Shown here in pieces: positions 31,047-39,575 of a DNA stretch of 64,000 bases. Position numbers and translations under genes: made by a program. Origin of the DNA: an uncultured Candidatus Rokubacteria bacterium (lineage in GTDB: Bacteria; Methylomirabilota; Methylomirabilia; Rokubacteriales; CSP1-6). Within the stretch, counting starts at the first letter, position 1, and each line of letters starts with the position of its first letter. The notes beneath the pieces were generated by a model. It had not been told where the DNA came from. It did not search any database and was given only the letters and a program-made list of their open reading frames with translations. The DNA lies in assembly GCA_963758635.1 (NCBI GenBank), contig CAVWWD010000005.1:608001-672000 (forward strand), in the 5' to 3' direction.

Positions 31047-32092
31047 GATGACCCCCTCTCGTTGATGATCTTCGTCACCGCCTCCGACGACGTGCGGCTG
31101 CCCCATCCCGGGATGTAGGCCGAGAAGGAGCCGGCGCGCCCGCCCGCCGCCACCACCAGGAAGTCGTCCGCGGTGTGGACGAGCGCGCGCTGGGCGCTCT
31201 CGTCGTCCGGCTTGATCGCGCCCGGCATGCGCCCCGTGCGCTTGAGGTGCGCGACGCTGGCCTTGGTGTTCTCGAAGAGGAACCGGCGGATGTCCGCCTT
31301 GGTCCACCCGCCGGCCGCGATCGTCTTCATGTGCTCGCCGCCGATGGTCAGGCAGTAGTTGGGCTGGCCGATCTGCCCGGGCAGCCGCATCGTGTCGGCG
31401 AAGGTGGTGAGGATGCCGTCCGGCGTGGCCGAGAGCTGGTTGTAGACCTGGTGCGGGCCCAGCGCCGCCATCACCGTGACCGCGCTCTGGTCGGGCCGGC
31501 AGCCGATCCGCTCCACGTGGAGCGGCGTCCACGGGCTCTCCTCCTCGTTCTCCGCGATGACGTACGAGTACTTGCCGGGGTGGCAGATCGTCCCGCGGTC
31601 GAGCTTGCCGGGCAGCGTCCCGATGACGTTGCGCATGATGAGCCGCACCGCGCGGCCCACCGTGGCGTTGGCGCGCCACCCCGGCCCGAACAGGTTGTCG
31701 CCGCAGTTGAAGTCGAGCCTCCGCGCGATCGGGCCGTTGACGATCAGGAGCGGGCCGGCACCACCTGTCGAGGTGGCGGGCCCGTGGTAGCCGTACTTCG
31801 GGTCGGAGAGGGCCTCGACGGCCGCCACCACCACCGGCAGGTACTCCGGCTTGCAACCGGCCATCACCGCGTTGATCGCGACCTTCTCGGCGAGGATCGA
31901 GACCTGGCGGTTGGTGATGAAGCCGATCTGGTGGTCGGGACCGAGCTCCGCGGCGTCCAGCATGGCCCGGACCCGCGCCTCGGTGGGCGGCACCACGGGC
32001 AGCCCGTCCGTCCAGCCCTTCTCGTAGCACAGCTCGATCGCGTCAGCGGGATCGGCGACGGAGTGACGCTTGGACGTGAGGGTGGTCGTCAT
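31043..32092 (-). CDS. UGSC-associated conserved protein
   Basis: GWTDGLPVVPPTEARVRAML, KVAINAVMAGCKPEY, RANATVGRAVRL; ATGA overlap with the UGSC gene. Confidence 0.85.
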   Translation of the reverse strand: MTTTLTSKRHSVADPADAIELCYEKGWTDGLPVVPPTEARVRAMLDAAELGPDHQIGFITNRQVSILAEKVAINAVMAGCKPEYLPVVVAAVEALSDPKYGYHGPATSTGGAGPLLIVNGPIARRLDFNCGDNLFGPGWRANATVGRAVRLIMRNVIGTLPGKLDRGTICHPGKYSYVIAENEEESPWTPLHVERIGCRPDQSAVTVMAALGPHQVYNQLSATPDGILTTFADTMRLPGQIGQPNYCLTIGGEHMKTIAAGGWTKADIRRFLFENTKASVAHLKRTGRMPGAIKPDDESAQRALVHTADDFLVVAAGGRAGSFSAYIPGWGSRTSSEAVTKIINERGSS

Positions 32093-32167
32093 GGCGGGGA
32101 TTATACGCGACCGGGGCGGCCCCGCGTGCCCCGCGTTCGCCGCCCGGCCGGCGGTACGATACCGGCC

Positions 32168-33433
32168 ATGAGCGTGTCCGCCGCCCGGCCTCACGTGGTG
32201 GTCGTCGGCGGCGGTTTCGCCGGCCTGGCCGCCGTGCGCGTCCTCGCGCGCGAGCCGGTGCGCGTGACCCTCGTGGACCGCCGCAACCACCACCTGTTCC
32301 AGCCCCTCCTGTACCAGGTGGCGACGGCGGCCCTGTCCCCCGCCGAGATCGCGATGCCGCTCCGCTCGATCTTCCGCAAGGCCAGGAACGTGAAGGTCCT
32401 GCTCGCCGAGGTGGAGAAGATCGACCTCGCCGCCCGGCGCGTGGCGCTCGACGAGGGCGAGCTCGACTACGACGCCCTCGTGCTCGCCCCGGGGGCCGGG
32501 CACTCCTACTTCGGCCACGACGAGTGGGAGCGCCTCGCTCCCGGCCTCAAGACCCTGGAGGACGCGATCGAGATCCGCCGCCGCATCCTGCTCGCGTTCG
32601 AGGCGGCCGAGCGCGCCACCGACGGCGCAGAGCGCCGGGCCCTGCTCACGTTCGTGGTCATCGGCGGCGGGCCGACGGGCGTCGAGCTGGCCGGCGCCCT
32701 CGCCGAGATCGCCCGCCACACGATCGCCCGCGACTTCCGCGTGATCGATCCCAAGCAGGCCCGCGTGATCCTCCTCGAGGGCGGCGAGCGCGTCCTGTCC
32801 GCGTTCCCCGCCGGGCTGTCGCGGAGCGCGGCCGCGTCGCTGGCGCGGCTGGGCGTCGAGGTCCGCACCGGCGCCCTCGTGACCCGGCTCACCCCGGACG
32901 CGGTCTGGATCGGCGGCGAGCAGATCCGCGCGCGGACCGTCCTGTGGGCCGCCGGCGTGGCCGCCTCGCCGCTGGCGCGCTCGCTCGGCGTGCCGCTGGA
33001 CCGCGCCGGGCGCGTGCCCGTGGAGCCGGACCTCTCCGTGCCCGGCCATCCGGACGCTTTCGTGGCCGGCGATCTCTGCGCCTTCACCACGCCGGCCGGA
33101 ACGCTCCTGCCCGGCCTGGCCCCCGTGGCGATGCAGCAGGGACGCCGAGCCGGCGACAACGTCTGGCGCCGCCTGCGCGGTCTCGACACGCAACCCTTCC
33201 GCTACCGGGACAAGGGGAGCATGGCGACGATCGGCCGCGCCGCGGCGGTGGCGACGATCGGCGATCTCCACCTCTCCGGCCCCCTCGCCTGGCTCGCGTG
33301 GCTCCTGGTCCACATCGCCTTCCTGATCGGGTTCAGGAACCGCTTCGTCGTGCTCTTCCAGTGGGCGTGGGCGTACGTCACGTGGCAGCGGGGAGCGCGG
33401 CTGATCACCACGCGCTGGACGCCTCGGGACTGA
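32168..33433 (+). CDS. ndh: type II NADH dehydrogenase
   Basis: VVVGGGFAG, NHHLFQPLLYQVATA, GGGPTGVELAG, YRDKGSMATIGR. Confidence 0.95.
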   Translation: MSVSAARPHVVVVGGGFAGLAAVRVLAREPVRVTLVDRRNHHLFQPLLYQVATAALSPAEIAMPLRSIFRKARNVKVLLAEVEKIDLAARRVALDEGELDYDALVLAPGAGHSYFGHDEWERLAPGLKTLEDAIEIRRRILLAFEAAERATDGAERRALLTFVVIGGGPTGVELAGALAEIARHTIARDFRVIDPKQARVILLEGGERVLSAFPAGLSRSAAASLARLGVEVRTGALVTRLTPDAVWIGGEQIRARTVLWAAGVAASPLARSLGVPLDRAGRVPVEPDLSVPGHPDAFVAGDLCAFTTPAGTLLPGLAPVAMQQGRRAGDNVWRRLRGLDTQPFRYRDKGSMATIGRAAAVATIGDLHLSGPLAWLAWLLVHIAFLIGFRNRFVVLFQWAWAYVTWQRGARLITTRWTPRD

Positions 33434-33439
33434 CAGGGG

Positions 33440-34495
33440 CTACGGACTCTCCTGCCGCGATGGCCTGGTGGAGACGAACGCACGGATACGTTCGAAACGG
33501 TCGAGAATCTCGCCTCTTAGCTGGCTCCGGCCGATGGTCCGCTTGAGCTCCCCTCCGAGCCCCGTCACCTGGTCCGTGGACACGCGGGCGGTGGCGAAGA
33601 TGAGGCTGCCCCCTTCGAAGGGAACGGCGCCGCTGATCGTCTGGCTCACGTTGTAGGAGTGGCCCACGTAGAAGTGGCGCTCGACGTACAGGATCAGCTC
33701 GGGCCTGGCGTCGGTGACGAGGTGGACCAGGGCCACCGCCGGCCGCCCCTGCAGGAGGCGGCGGATCCAGTAGAAGTAGCTGGCCGCGGGCGCGACAGGC
33801 ACCGCGGGGTACCGCTGGAGCGCTTCCCCGAGGCGCGGCACGAGGTGCGCGATCACGCGCGGGTCGGCCGCCCCGCTCCGCAGCTCCGCGGCGGGATCCG
33901 TGGCGGCGCCCCGCCGCGCGTAGGGCGCCAGGCCGTCGAGGCCGCTCCTGCGGTAGGCCTGCCAGCGCTCGAAGAGGAGCCGGCGGTAGACACGCGACAC
34001 TGGCTCGAGGATGGCGGACGCGCCACCCGGCCCGACCTCGTTCCGCGCCGCGTGCAGGGCTTCGAGCTCCCGGGCGGAGAGGTTGAAGCGGAAGCCGGGC
34101 TCGGCGTCGAGGAGCGCTCGCGCCTCCGCGACCTCGCTCGCCCCGAACCGGATCGCCGCGAACGAGGCCGGGCCCGCGGCCTCGGCGATCGAAGCGTAGG
34201 CCGAGATGCCGGGGTCCCGCTCGATCAGCTCGCCGCCGCGAAGCGACGGCGACATGACGGCGGGCGGCACGGGCACGAACATCGCGAGGCCCACGGTGAG
34301 GTCGCGCTCGGAACCCTCCGCGACCGCGTAGGAGATCACGTCGCCCCGGAGCACGCGGCGCCGCTGCTCGGGCGAGAGGCGTCGCACGTCGAAGGCATCG
34401 TCCTGCGCCCGCGCCGGCAGCGCGCCGAGAACCGATCCGGCCGTGGCCGCGGCGAGCACGGCGAGCACGACGAAGACACGAGCGGCCCGGGGCAC
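33440..34495 (-). CDS. conserved exported hypothetical protein
   Basis: Signal peptide ending ARA-Q; host-like codon usage. Confidence 0.7.
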   Translation of the reverse strand: MPRAARVFVVLAVLAAATAGSVLGALPARAQDDAFDVRRLSPEQRRRVLRGDVISYAVAEGSERDLTVGLAMFVPVPPAVMSPSLRGGELIERDPGISAYASIAEAAGPASFAAIRFGASEVAEARALLDAEPGFRFNLSARELEALHAARNEVGPGGASAILEPVSRVYRRLLFERWQAYRRSGLDGLAPYARRGAATDPAAELRSGAADPRVIAHLVPRLGEALQRYPAVPVAPAASYFYWIRRLLQGRPAVALVHLVTDARPELILYVERHFYVGHSYNVSQTISGAVPFEGGSLIFATARVSTDQVTGLGGELKRTIGRSQLRGEILDRFERIRAFVSTRPSRQESP

Positions 34496-34580
34496 GACCG
34501 GATTATGTCCGGACCGCCGTCGCGTCTCAACGTCGTCACGCGGATCTTGACCCGAGCGGGCTCCCCACCGCATTCTGCGG

Positions 34581-34666
34581 CTAATGACCCTCGCAGCATA
34601 CGGTAACGGCCACGGGCGTCTACAGTCCCACCGTTCGGCACTCGTCTGATGCGCAGGGCTCATTAG
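34581..34666 (+). repeat. Dispersed repeat family A
   Basis: CTAATGACCCTCGCAG...CTACAGTCCCACCG...GTCTGATGCGCAGGGCTCATTAG with terminal inverted repeats. Confidence 0.85.
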
Positions 34667-34694
34667 TGCGATCGCCCAACGGGACGATGCCTTC

Positions 34695-36323
34695 TTGAGC
34701 AGCCGCGCTCACCCCCACGTCGCGTACTTCTCCATGGAGTACGGCCTGCACGAGGACTTCCACTCGTACGCGGGCGGCCTCGGCGTGCTCGCCGGCGACT
34801 TCATGAAGTCGGCGGGCGGCCTCGGGCTGCCCGTGATCGGCGTCGGGCTGCGCTGGGCCGAGGGCTACACCGTGCAGCGGATCGGGCCCGATGGCTTCCC
34901 CCGCGACGAGTGGCACGCCTGGCCCCGCGACGGCCTCGCCGACACGGGCGCGCGCGTCCGCGTCCGCGTGGGCGCCCGTGAGGTGGAGTGCCGCGTGTGG
35001 CGCGTGGAGGGCTTCCCGATCGCGCCGCTCTACCTGCTCGAGCCCACCGACCGCCGGGACCAGTGGATCACGCGGCGTCTCTACGACACGCGGCCGGAGG
35101 CGCGCATCGCCCAGGAGATGCTGCTCGGCATCGGCGGCGTCCGCGCGTGCGCGGCCCTGCACCTGCCCGTCGAGATCTACCACTTCAACGAAGGGCACGC
35201 CGTCTTCGCCGGGCTCGAGCTGATCGCCGACCGCATGGAGGCGGGGCTCGCCTTCGCCGAGGCGTGGCGCGGGGTCAGGAGCCGGGTGGTGTTCACCACC
35301 CACACCCCGGTGCCCGCTGGCAACGAGGTGCACCCCCTGTCCGAGCTGCGCCGGCTCGGGGCCTCGTGCGAGCTGGTGCCCGCCGAGCTGGCCGAGATCG
35401 GGGGCGACCCCTTCAACATGACGGTGGCCGGCCTCCGCCTGGCCAAGCTCGCCAACGCGGTCGCGCAGCTCCATGGCGAGACGGCGAGGGCCATGTGGGC
35501 CCACGTGGAGGACGCCGCTCCGATCATCGCGATCACCAACGGCGTGCACGTGGGCACGTGGCAGGACCCGCGCGTGGCCGCGGCGGGCAGCGACGACGCC
35601 CTCGCCGCCGCGCGCCGGGACATGAAGACGGAGCTCGTGGCCGAGGTCGAGCGGCGGACCGGCGTGCGGCTCGATCCGGGGGCGCTCACCATCGGCTTCG
35701 CGCGACGGGCCGCGACCTACAAGCGCCCCGACCTGATCCTGCGGGATCCCGCGCGCCTCGCCGCGCTCCTCGGCGACGGGCGCGTGCAGCTCCTCTTCGC
35801 CGGCAAGGCGCATCCCGCCGACGACGAGGGCAAGCACGTGGTCGCGCGGCTCGTGGCCACCGCGCGGAAATGGCCGCGCTCGATCGCCTTCCTCGAGAAC
35901 TACGACATGGGCCTGGGCCGGCTCCTCACCCGGGGGGCGGACGTGTGGCTCAACAACCCGCGGCGTCCGCTGGAGGCGAGCGGCACGTCGGGGATGAAGG
36001 CGGCGATGAACGGAGGGCTCAACCTGTCGGTGCTCGACGGCTGGTGGCCGGAGGGCTACGAGCCGGGCCTCACGGGCTGGGCGATCGGGCGCGGAGAGAA
36101 CGCCGGGCCCGGCGCCGACGAGCGTGACGGCGCCGCCCTCTACGACACGCTGGACAACGAGGTGCTACCGGCCTGGGCCGACCCGCCGCGGTGGACCCGC
36201 ATGATGCGGGCCGCCATCGAGATGTCCACCCGGCGCTTCTCCTCCGACCGGATGGTGAGCGAGTACTTCGAGCGTCTCTATGCCGCTCCGTCGCCGGTGG
36301 CCTCCGGCTGGCGCGCGGCCTGA
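34695..36323 (+). CDS. glgP: alpha-glucan phosphorylase
   Basis: AYFSMEYGL, YAGGLGVLAGD, HFNEGH, FARRAATYKR, EASGTSGMKA PLP site. Confidence 0.95.
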   Translation: MSSRAHPHVAYFSMEYGLHEDFHSYAGGLGVLAGDFMKSAGGLGLPVIGVGLRWAEGYTVQRIGPDGFPRDEWHAWPRDGLADTGARVRVRVGAREVECRVWRVEGFPIAPLYLLEPTDRRDQWITRRLYDTRPEARIAQEMLLGIGGVRACAALHLPVEIYHFNEGHAVFAGLELIADRMEAGLAFAEAWRGVRSRVVFTTHTPVPAGNEVHPLSELRRLGASCELVPAELAEIGGDPFNMTVAGLRLAKLANAVAQLHGETARAMWAHVEDAAPIIAITNGVHVGTWQDPRVAAAGSDDALAAARRDMKTELVAEVERRTGVRLDPGALTIGFARRAATYKRPDLILRDPARLAALLGDGRVQLLFAGKAHPADDEGKHVVARLVATARKWPRSIAFLENYDMGLGRLLTRGADVWLNNPRRPLEASGTSGMKAAMNGGLNLSVLDGWWPEGYEPGLTGWAIGRGENAGPGADERDGAALYDTLDNEVLPAWADPPRWTRMMRAAIEMSTRRFSSDRMVSEYFERLYAAPSPVASGWRAA

Positions 36324-36332
36324 TCGCCCGGG

Positions 36333-36418
36333 CTAGTGATCCTCGCAGAATGCGCTAACCGCCACGGGCCTCTACAGTCCTACCGCTCGGCATTAGTCTG
36401 ATGCGCGGGGCTCGCTAC
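36333..36418 (+). repeat. Dispersed repeat family A
   Basis: CTAGTGATCCTCGCAGAA...GCCACGGGCCTCTACAGTCCTACCGCTCGGCATTAGTCTGATGCGCGGGGCTCGCTAC. Confidence 0.85.
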
Positions 36419-36894
36419 TTCCCCTTCTGGATCTCCTCGGCGAGCTCGCGCGCGCGCTCGCGATCCAGCGGCCGGAGGCGCTCGAGGATCCGTCGCGCGT
36501 CGTCGAGCCGCCCCATCTTGACGTAGGCCTCGCCCAGGTACTCGAGCGCCTCCGGGTAGCGCGGCTTGAGCTTGAGCGCCTCGTCGTAGGCCCGCACCGA
36601 CTCGTCGTAGCGGCCCTGGTGGCGGAGCGCGTAGCCGAGCTCGTTCCACGCTTCCGGGAACGCCGGGCGCAGCTCGATGGCCTTGCCGAATGCGCCGACC
36701 GCGCCCGGCCAGTCACGGCTCGCGCGGGCGCGGAGGCCGCGGTTGTACTCCTGCTCTGCCGTCGGCGCCGCCGACCGCGACGGCGGGGCGACGACCGGCC
36801 CGCTCGACTCCCCCGCCGCGAGCCCGGGGATGAGGCCGAGCCCCGCCGCGGCGAGCGCCGCCGCGATCAGGCGCCGTCCGACCCGCTCAGCCAT
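36415..36894 (-). CDS. exported tetratricopeptide repeat protein
   Basis: Signal peptide; TPR motifs EAWNELGYALR and EALEYLGEAY. Confidence 0.85.
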   Translation of the reverse strand: MAERVGRRLIAAALAAAGLGLIPGLAAGESSGPVVAPPSRSAAPTAEQEYNRGLRARASRDWPGAVGAFGKAIELRPAFPEAWNELGYALRHQGRYDESVRAYDEALKLKPRYPEALEYLGEAYVKMGRLDDARRILERLRPLDRERARELAEEIQKGK

Positions 36895-36959
36895 CGACGC
36901 GCCCCGGGGCGAGCGAAGCATTGGGTATCCTCCCATGGGCGGGCGATGCTCGCACGCCC

Positions 36960-36998
36960 GGGGCGGGCGGGCGAAGCCCGGGTGCCCGCCCCATGGTG
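36960..36998. repeat. Palindromic repeat family D (39 bp)
   Basis: Exact reverse complement of 53774-53812; GC-rich hairpin. Confidence 0.85.
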
Positions 36999-36999
36999 A

Positions 37000-38172
37000 T
37001 CATGATAGCCCGCGGCGAGGCGGGCGCTGCGCGGGAATGGTGGCGAGCGCGGCGGCGAGCGCGCACACCGCCGCGGACGTGGCCAGCGCCGCGCCGAACG
37101 CGCCCATGAAGCCGAGCGAGCGCTCGAGCGCGCCGAACACGCTGGCGTTGACCTGCACGCCCGCGACCACGCCGAGCGTGCGTCCCATGAAGGCCAGCCC
37201 GCCCGCCGCGCCCTGCCGCGCCGGCGGGAACGCCGCCATCACCTGGGCGAGGTTCGGCACCTGGAAAGTCCCGACGCCGAGGCCGACCAGGAAGAGCGCG
37301 GCGCCGACCGCGGGGACCGGCGTGCCCGCGTCGCACGCGGCGAGGGCGGCCAGCCCCGCGGCCTCGACGATCAGCCCGGCGATCATCGGCGCGCGCGCGC
37401 CGCGCCGGTCGGTGATCCAGCCGCTGACCGGCGCCCCGAGCGTCGTCCCGAGGCACGTGAGCAGGAAGACGAGCCCGCCGTGCCGCGCGGGCAGCCCGAG
37501 CATGGTCACGATGTAGAACGGCGCGAGCAGCCACACCGCGAACTGGGCCCAGCTCGCGAGACCGGCGAGGAGCAGCGACTGGAGCACGGGCCAGCGCATC
37601 CACTCCGCGCGCGGCGGGAGCCGCCACCGCCCGCCCCCGCGGAGCCGCGGCAGGAGGACGAGCGCGGCCAGGCCGACCGCGGCGGCGAACGGCGCCCGGT
37701 ACGTGAAGACCCACGGCCAGCCCCACTCCACGAGGATCCCGCCCGCCACCGGGCCCACGGTGAGGCCGGCGGCCATGCCGGAGGCGAGCGCGCCCAGGCC
37801 ACGGCCGTGGCGCGAGGATGGCAGCGAGAGCGTCACGAGCGCGGGCGCCGTGCCGTAGACGAGCCCGCCGCCCACGCCTTGCAGCACGCGGAGACCCAGG
37901 ACGCCGGCATAGCTCGTGGCAAGCGCGTACGACAGGAAGCTCACCGCGGAGAGCCCGAGCCCGGCCACGAACACGGGGCGCGGCCCGAGCCGGTCGGCGG
38001 CGATCCCCGCCCCGAAGCCGGTGACGGCATAGGTGAAGACGTAGCAGATGATCACCCATCGGATCTCCGCGGGACCGATGCCGAAGGCGGCGGCCATCGC
38101 GGGGAGCGCGATGTTCACCGAGGCGTCGAGCGAGATGATCAGCGAGCCGAGGGCGGCGAGGACGACGGGCAC
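37000..38172 (-). CDS. MFS transporter (EmrB/QacA-like)
   Basis: LDASVNIALP, ADRLGPRPVF, RVLQGVGGG; multiple TM helices. Confidence 0.9.
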   Translation of the reverse strand: MPVVLAALGSLIISLDASVNIALPAMAAAFGIGPAEIRWVIICYVFTYAVTGFGAGIAADRLGPRPVFVAGLGLSAVSFLSYALATSYAGVLGLRVLQGVGGGLVYGTAPALVTLSLPSSRHGRGLGALASGMAAGLTVGPVAGGILVEWGWPWVFTYRAPFAAAVGLAALVLLPRLRGGGRWRLPPRAEWMRWPVLQSLLLAGLASWAQFAVWLLAPFYIVTMLGLPARHGGLVFLLTCLGTTLGAPVSGWITDRRGARAPMIAGLIVEAAGLAALAACDAGTPVPAVGAALFLVGLGVGTFQVPNLAQVMAAFPPARQGAAGGLAFMGRTLGVVAGVQVNASVFGALERSLGFMGAFGAALATSAAVCALAAALATIPAQRPPRRGLS

Positions 38173-38178
38173 CGGTCG

Positions 38179-38186
38179 AGTATACT
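38179..38186. promoter_or_regulatory. palindromic bidirectional -10 box
   Basis: AGTATACT reads TATACT on both strands, inside a 23-bp divergent intergenic gap. Confidence 0.65.
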
Positions 38187-38195
38187 GGCTGCCGC

Positions 38196-38606
38196 ATGAG
38201 CGAGGGACTCGCCCCCGGCCTCACCGCCGAGATGGAGATCACCGTCACCGCGGATCGCACGGCGGACGCCATGGGCAACCCCGGCGTCCACGTCTTCGCC
38301 ACGCCGTGGGTCATCACGCTGCTCGAGAACGTCTCGTCGAAGGCGCTCTCCCCGCACCTGCCGCCGGGCGGCGGCAGCGTGGGCACCATGGTCGACATGC
38401 GTCACCTCGCGGCCACGCCCGTCGGGATGCGCGTGCGCGCCCGCGCCACCGTGCTCGAGACGGACGGCCGCCGGGTGCTGTTCCGGGTGGAGGCCTCCGA
38501 CGAGGTCGAGAAGATCGCCGAGGGCCGTCACGAGCGCTTCATCGTGTCCGACCTCCGCCGCTTCCTGGACCGCGCGGTGCGGAAGACCCGGCCGCCCGGC
38601 GCCTGA
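38196..38606 (+). CDS. FlK-family hotdog thioesterase
   Basis: VFATPWVITLLE, SVGTMVDMRHLAATPVG, GRHERFIV. Confidence 0.9.
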   Translation: MSEGLAPGLTAEMEITVTADRTADAMGNPGVHVFATPWVITLLENVSSKALSPHLPPGGGSVGTMVDMRHLAATPVGMRVRARATVLETDGRRVLFRVEASDEVEKIAEGRHERFIVSDLRRFLDRAVRKTRPPGA

Positions 38607-38608
38607 GC

Positions 38609-38700
38609 GGTTGTCAAGAATGGCGAGACGGCGCCGCGGGCGTACGCAGAATCGTGGTGTTGCCCGCACGGCGAAGTCGACATCCGCGCTCCCCATAACT
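38609..38700 (+). repeat. Dispersed repeat family C
   Basis: GGTTGTCAAGAATGGCGAGACGG...GCAGAATCGTGGTGTTGCCCGCACGGCGAAGTCGA. Confidence 0.85.
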
Positions 38701-38714
38701 TTGGAGCGGCGGGC

Positions 38715-39257
38715 TCAGCGCGGCGGGATCGCGTCGAAGAGGTCCTTCAGCGCGGAGCGCGTGGAGGCAAACGCGAGATCGTCCCACGGGATCTCGTCGC
38801 GGGCCACCCACTCCACGCGGTCGTTCTCGTGGCACACCGTGATGGTCCCGCCGAGCACGCGCGCGCGGTAGACCACGATGACCAGCGGCGTGCCCGGATA
38901 GGAGTACACGCCGACGAGCCCCTCGAGGGCCACGTCGAGCCCGGTCTCCTCGAGCGTCTCGCGGACCGCGCCCGCCTCGACCTCCTCGCCCCAGTTCACG
39001 AAGCCGCCGGGGAACGTCCACTTGCCGAAGCCGGGGTGGATGGCCCGCCGCGTGAGCAGGATGCGCCCGTCGACGTCCATCGGGATCGTGCCGCCCACCA
39101 CCTTGTGGTCCAGGTAGTAGACGAACGGGCACGCCGGGCAGACCATCTCGGCCTTCTCGTCGGGACCGACGGGCTCCAGCGCGAGCGGCCCGCCGCACAG
39201 CGGACAGAACCGCACCGCGTCCGGCGTGAGGTGGCGATACGAGCGTCGCTCGGCCAT
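38715..39257 (-). CDS. NUDIX hydrolase with N-terminal zinc ribbon
   Basis: FCPLCG...CPAC; Nudix box GGFVNWGEEVEAGAVRETLEETG. Confidence 0.95.
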   Translation of the reverse strand: MAERRSYRHLTPDAVRFCPLCGGPLALEPVGPDEKAEMVCPACPFVYYLDHKVVGGTIPMDVDGRILLTRRAIHPGFGKWTFPGGFVNWGEEVEAGAVRETLEETGLDVALEGLVGVYSYPGTPLVIVVYRARVLGGTITVCHENDRVEWVARDEIPWDDLAFASTRSALKDLFDAIPPR

Positions 39258-39345
39258 CGCGCGGCGAGTGTAGCACGCGAGGTCGGCGGGACCGCGCGCC
39301 CGACGCTTGCGCGCTCGCGGGATTCCGCATACCTTTCCCCAGAGT

Positions 39346-39441
39346 AGTTGTGAAGAAAATGCGATCTCGACTTCGCCGTGCGGGTCAACACCTCGATTCT
39401 GCGTACACACGCGGGGCCGCCTCGCCATTCATTCACAAGCC
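39346..39441 (-). repeat. Dispersed repeat family C
   Basis: Reverse complement GGCTTGTGAATGAATGGCGAGGCGG...GGTGTTGACCCGCACGGCGAAGTCGAG...TTCTTCACAACT. Confidence 0.85.
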
Positions 39442-39444
39442 ACA

Positions 39445-39512
39445 GGTCGTGAAGACGTGCGGATTCTGACATCGGCGAGCGGGCCAGCACCGCGCTTCCG
39501 CGGGCACGCGGA
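39445..39512 (-). repeat. Dispersed repeat family C (partial)
   Basis: GGTCGTGAAGACGTGCGGATTCTGAC...GCGAGCGGGCCAGCACCGCG aligns with the 4381 copy. Confidence 0.75.
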
Positions 39513-39566
39513 GGTCGTTTCCACTGCATTTTCGTTTGCGCTCGGCTCGCCTTCGGCTCACCTCGC
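39513..39566 (-). repeat. Dispersed repeat family B (about 55 bp)
   Basis: GGTCGTTTCCACTGCATTTTCGTTTGCGCTCGGCTCGCCTTCGGCTCACCTCGC. Confidence 0.85.
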
Positions 39567-39575
39567 CACGCGGCC

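Noticed and set aside
34581..36418. Repeat A as integron attC sites around a cassette
   Set aside because: No RYYYAAC/GTTRRRY ends and no integrase; the flanked gene is housekeeping-type
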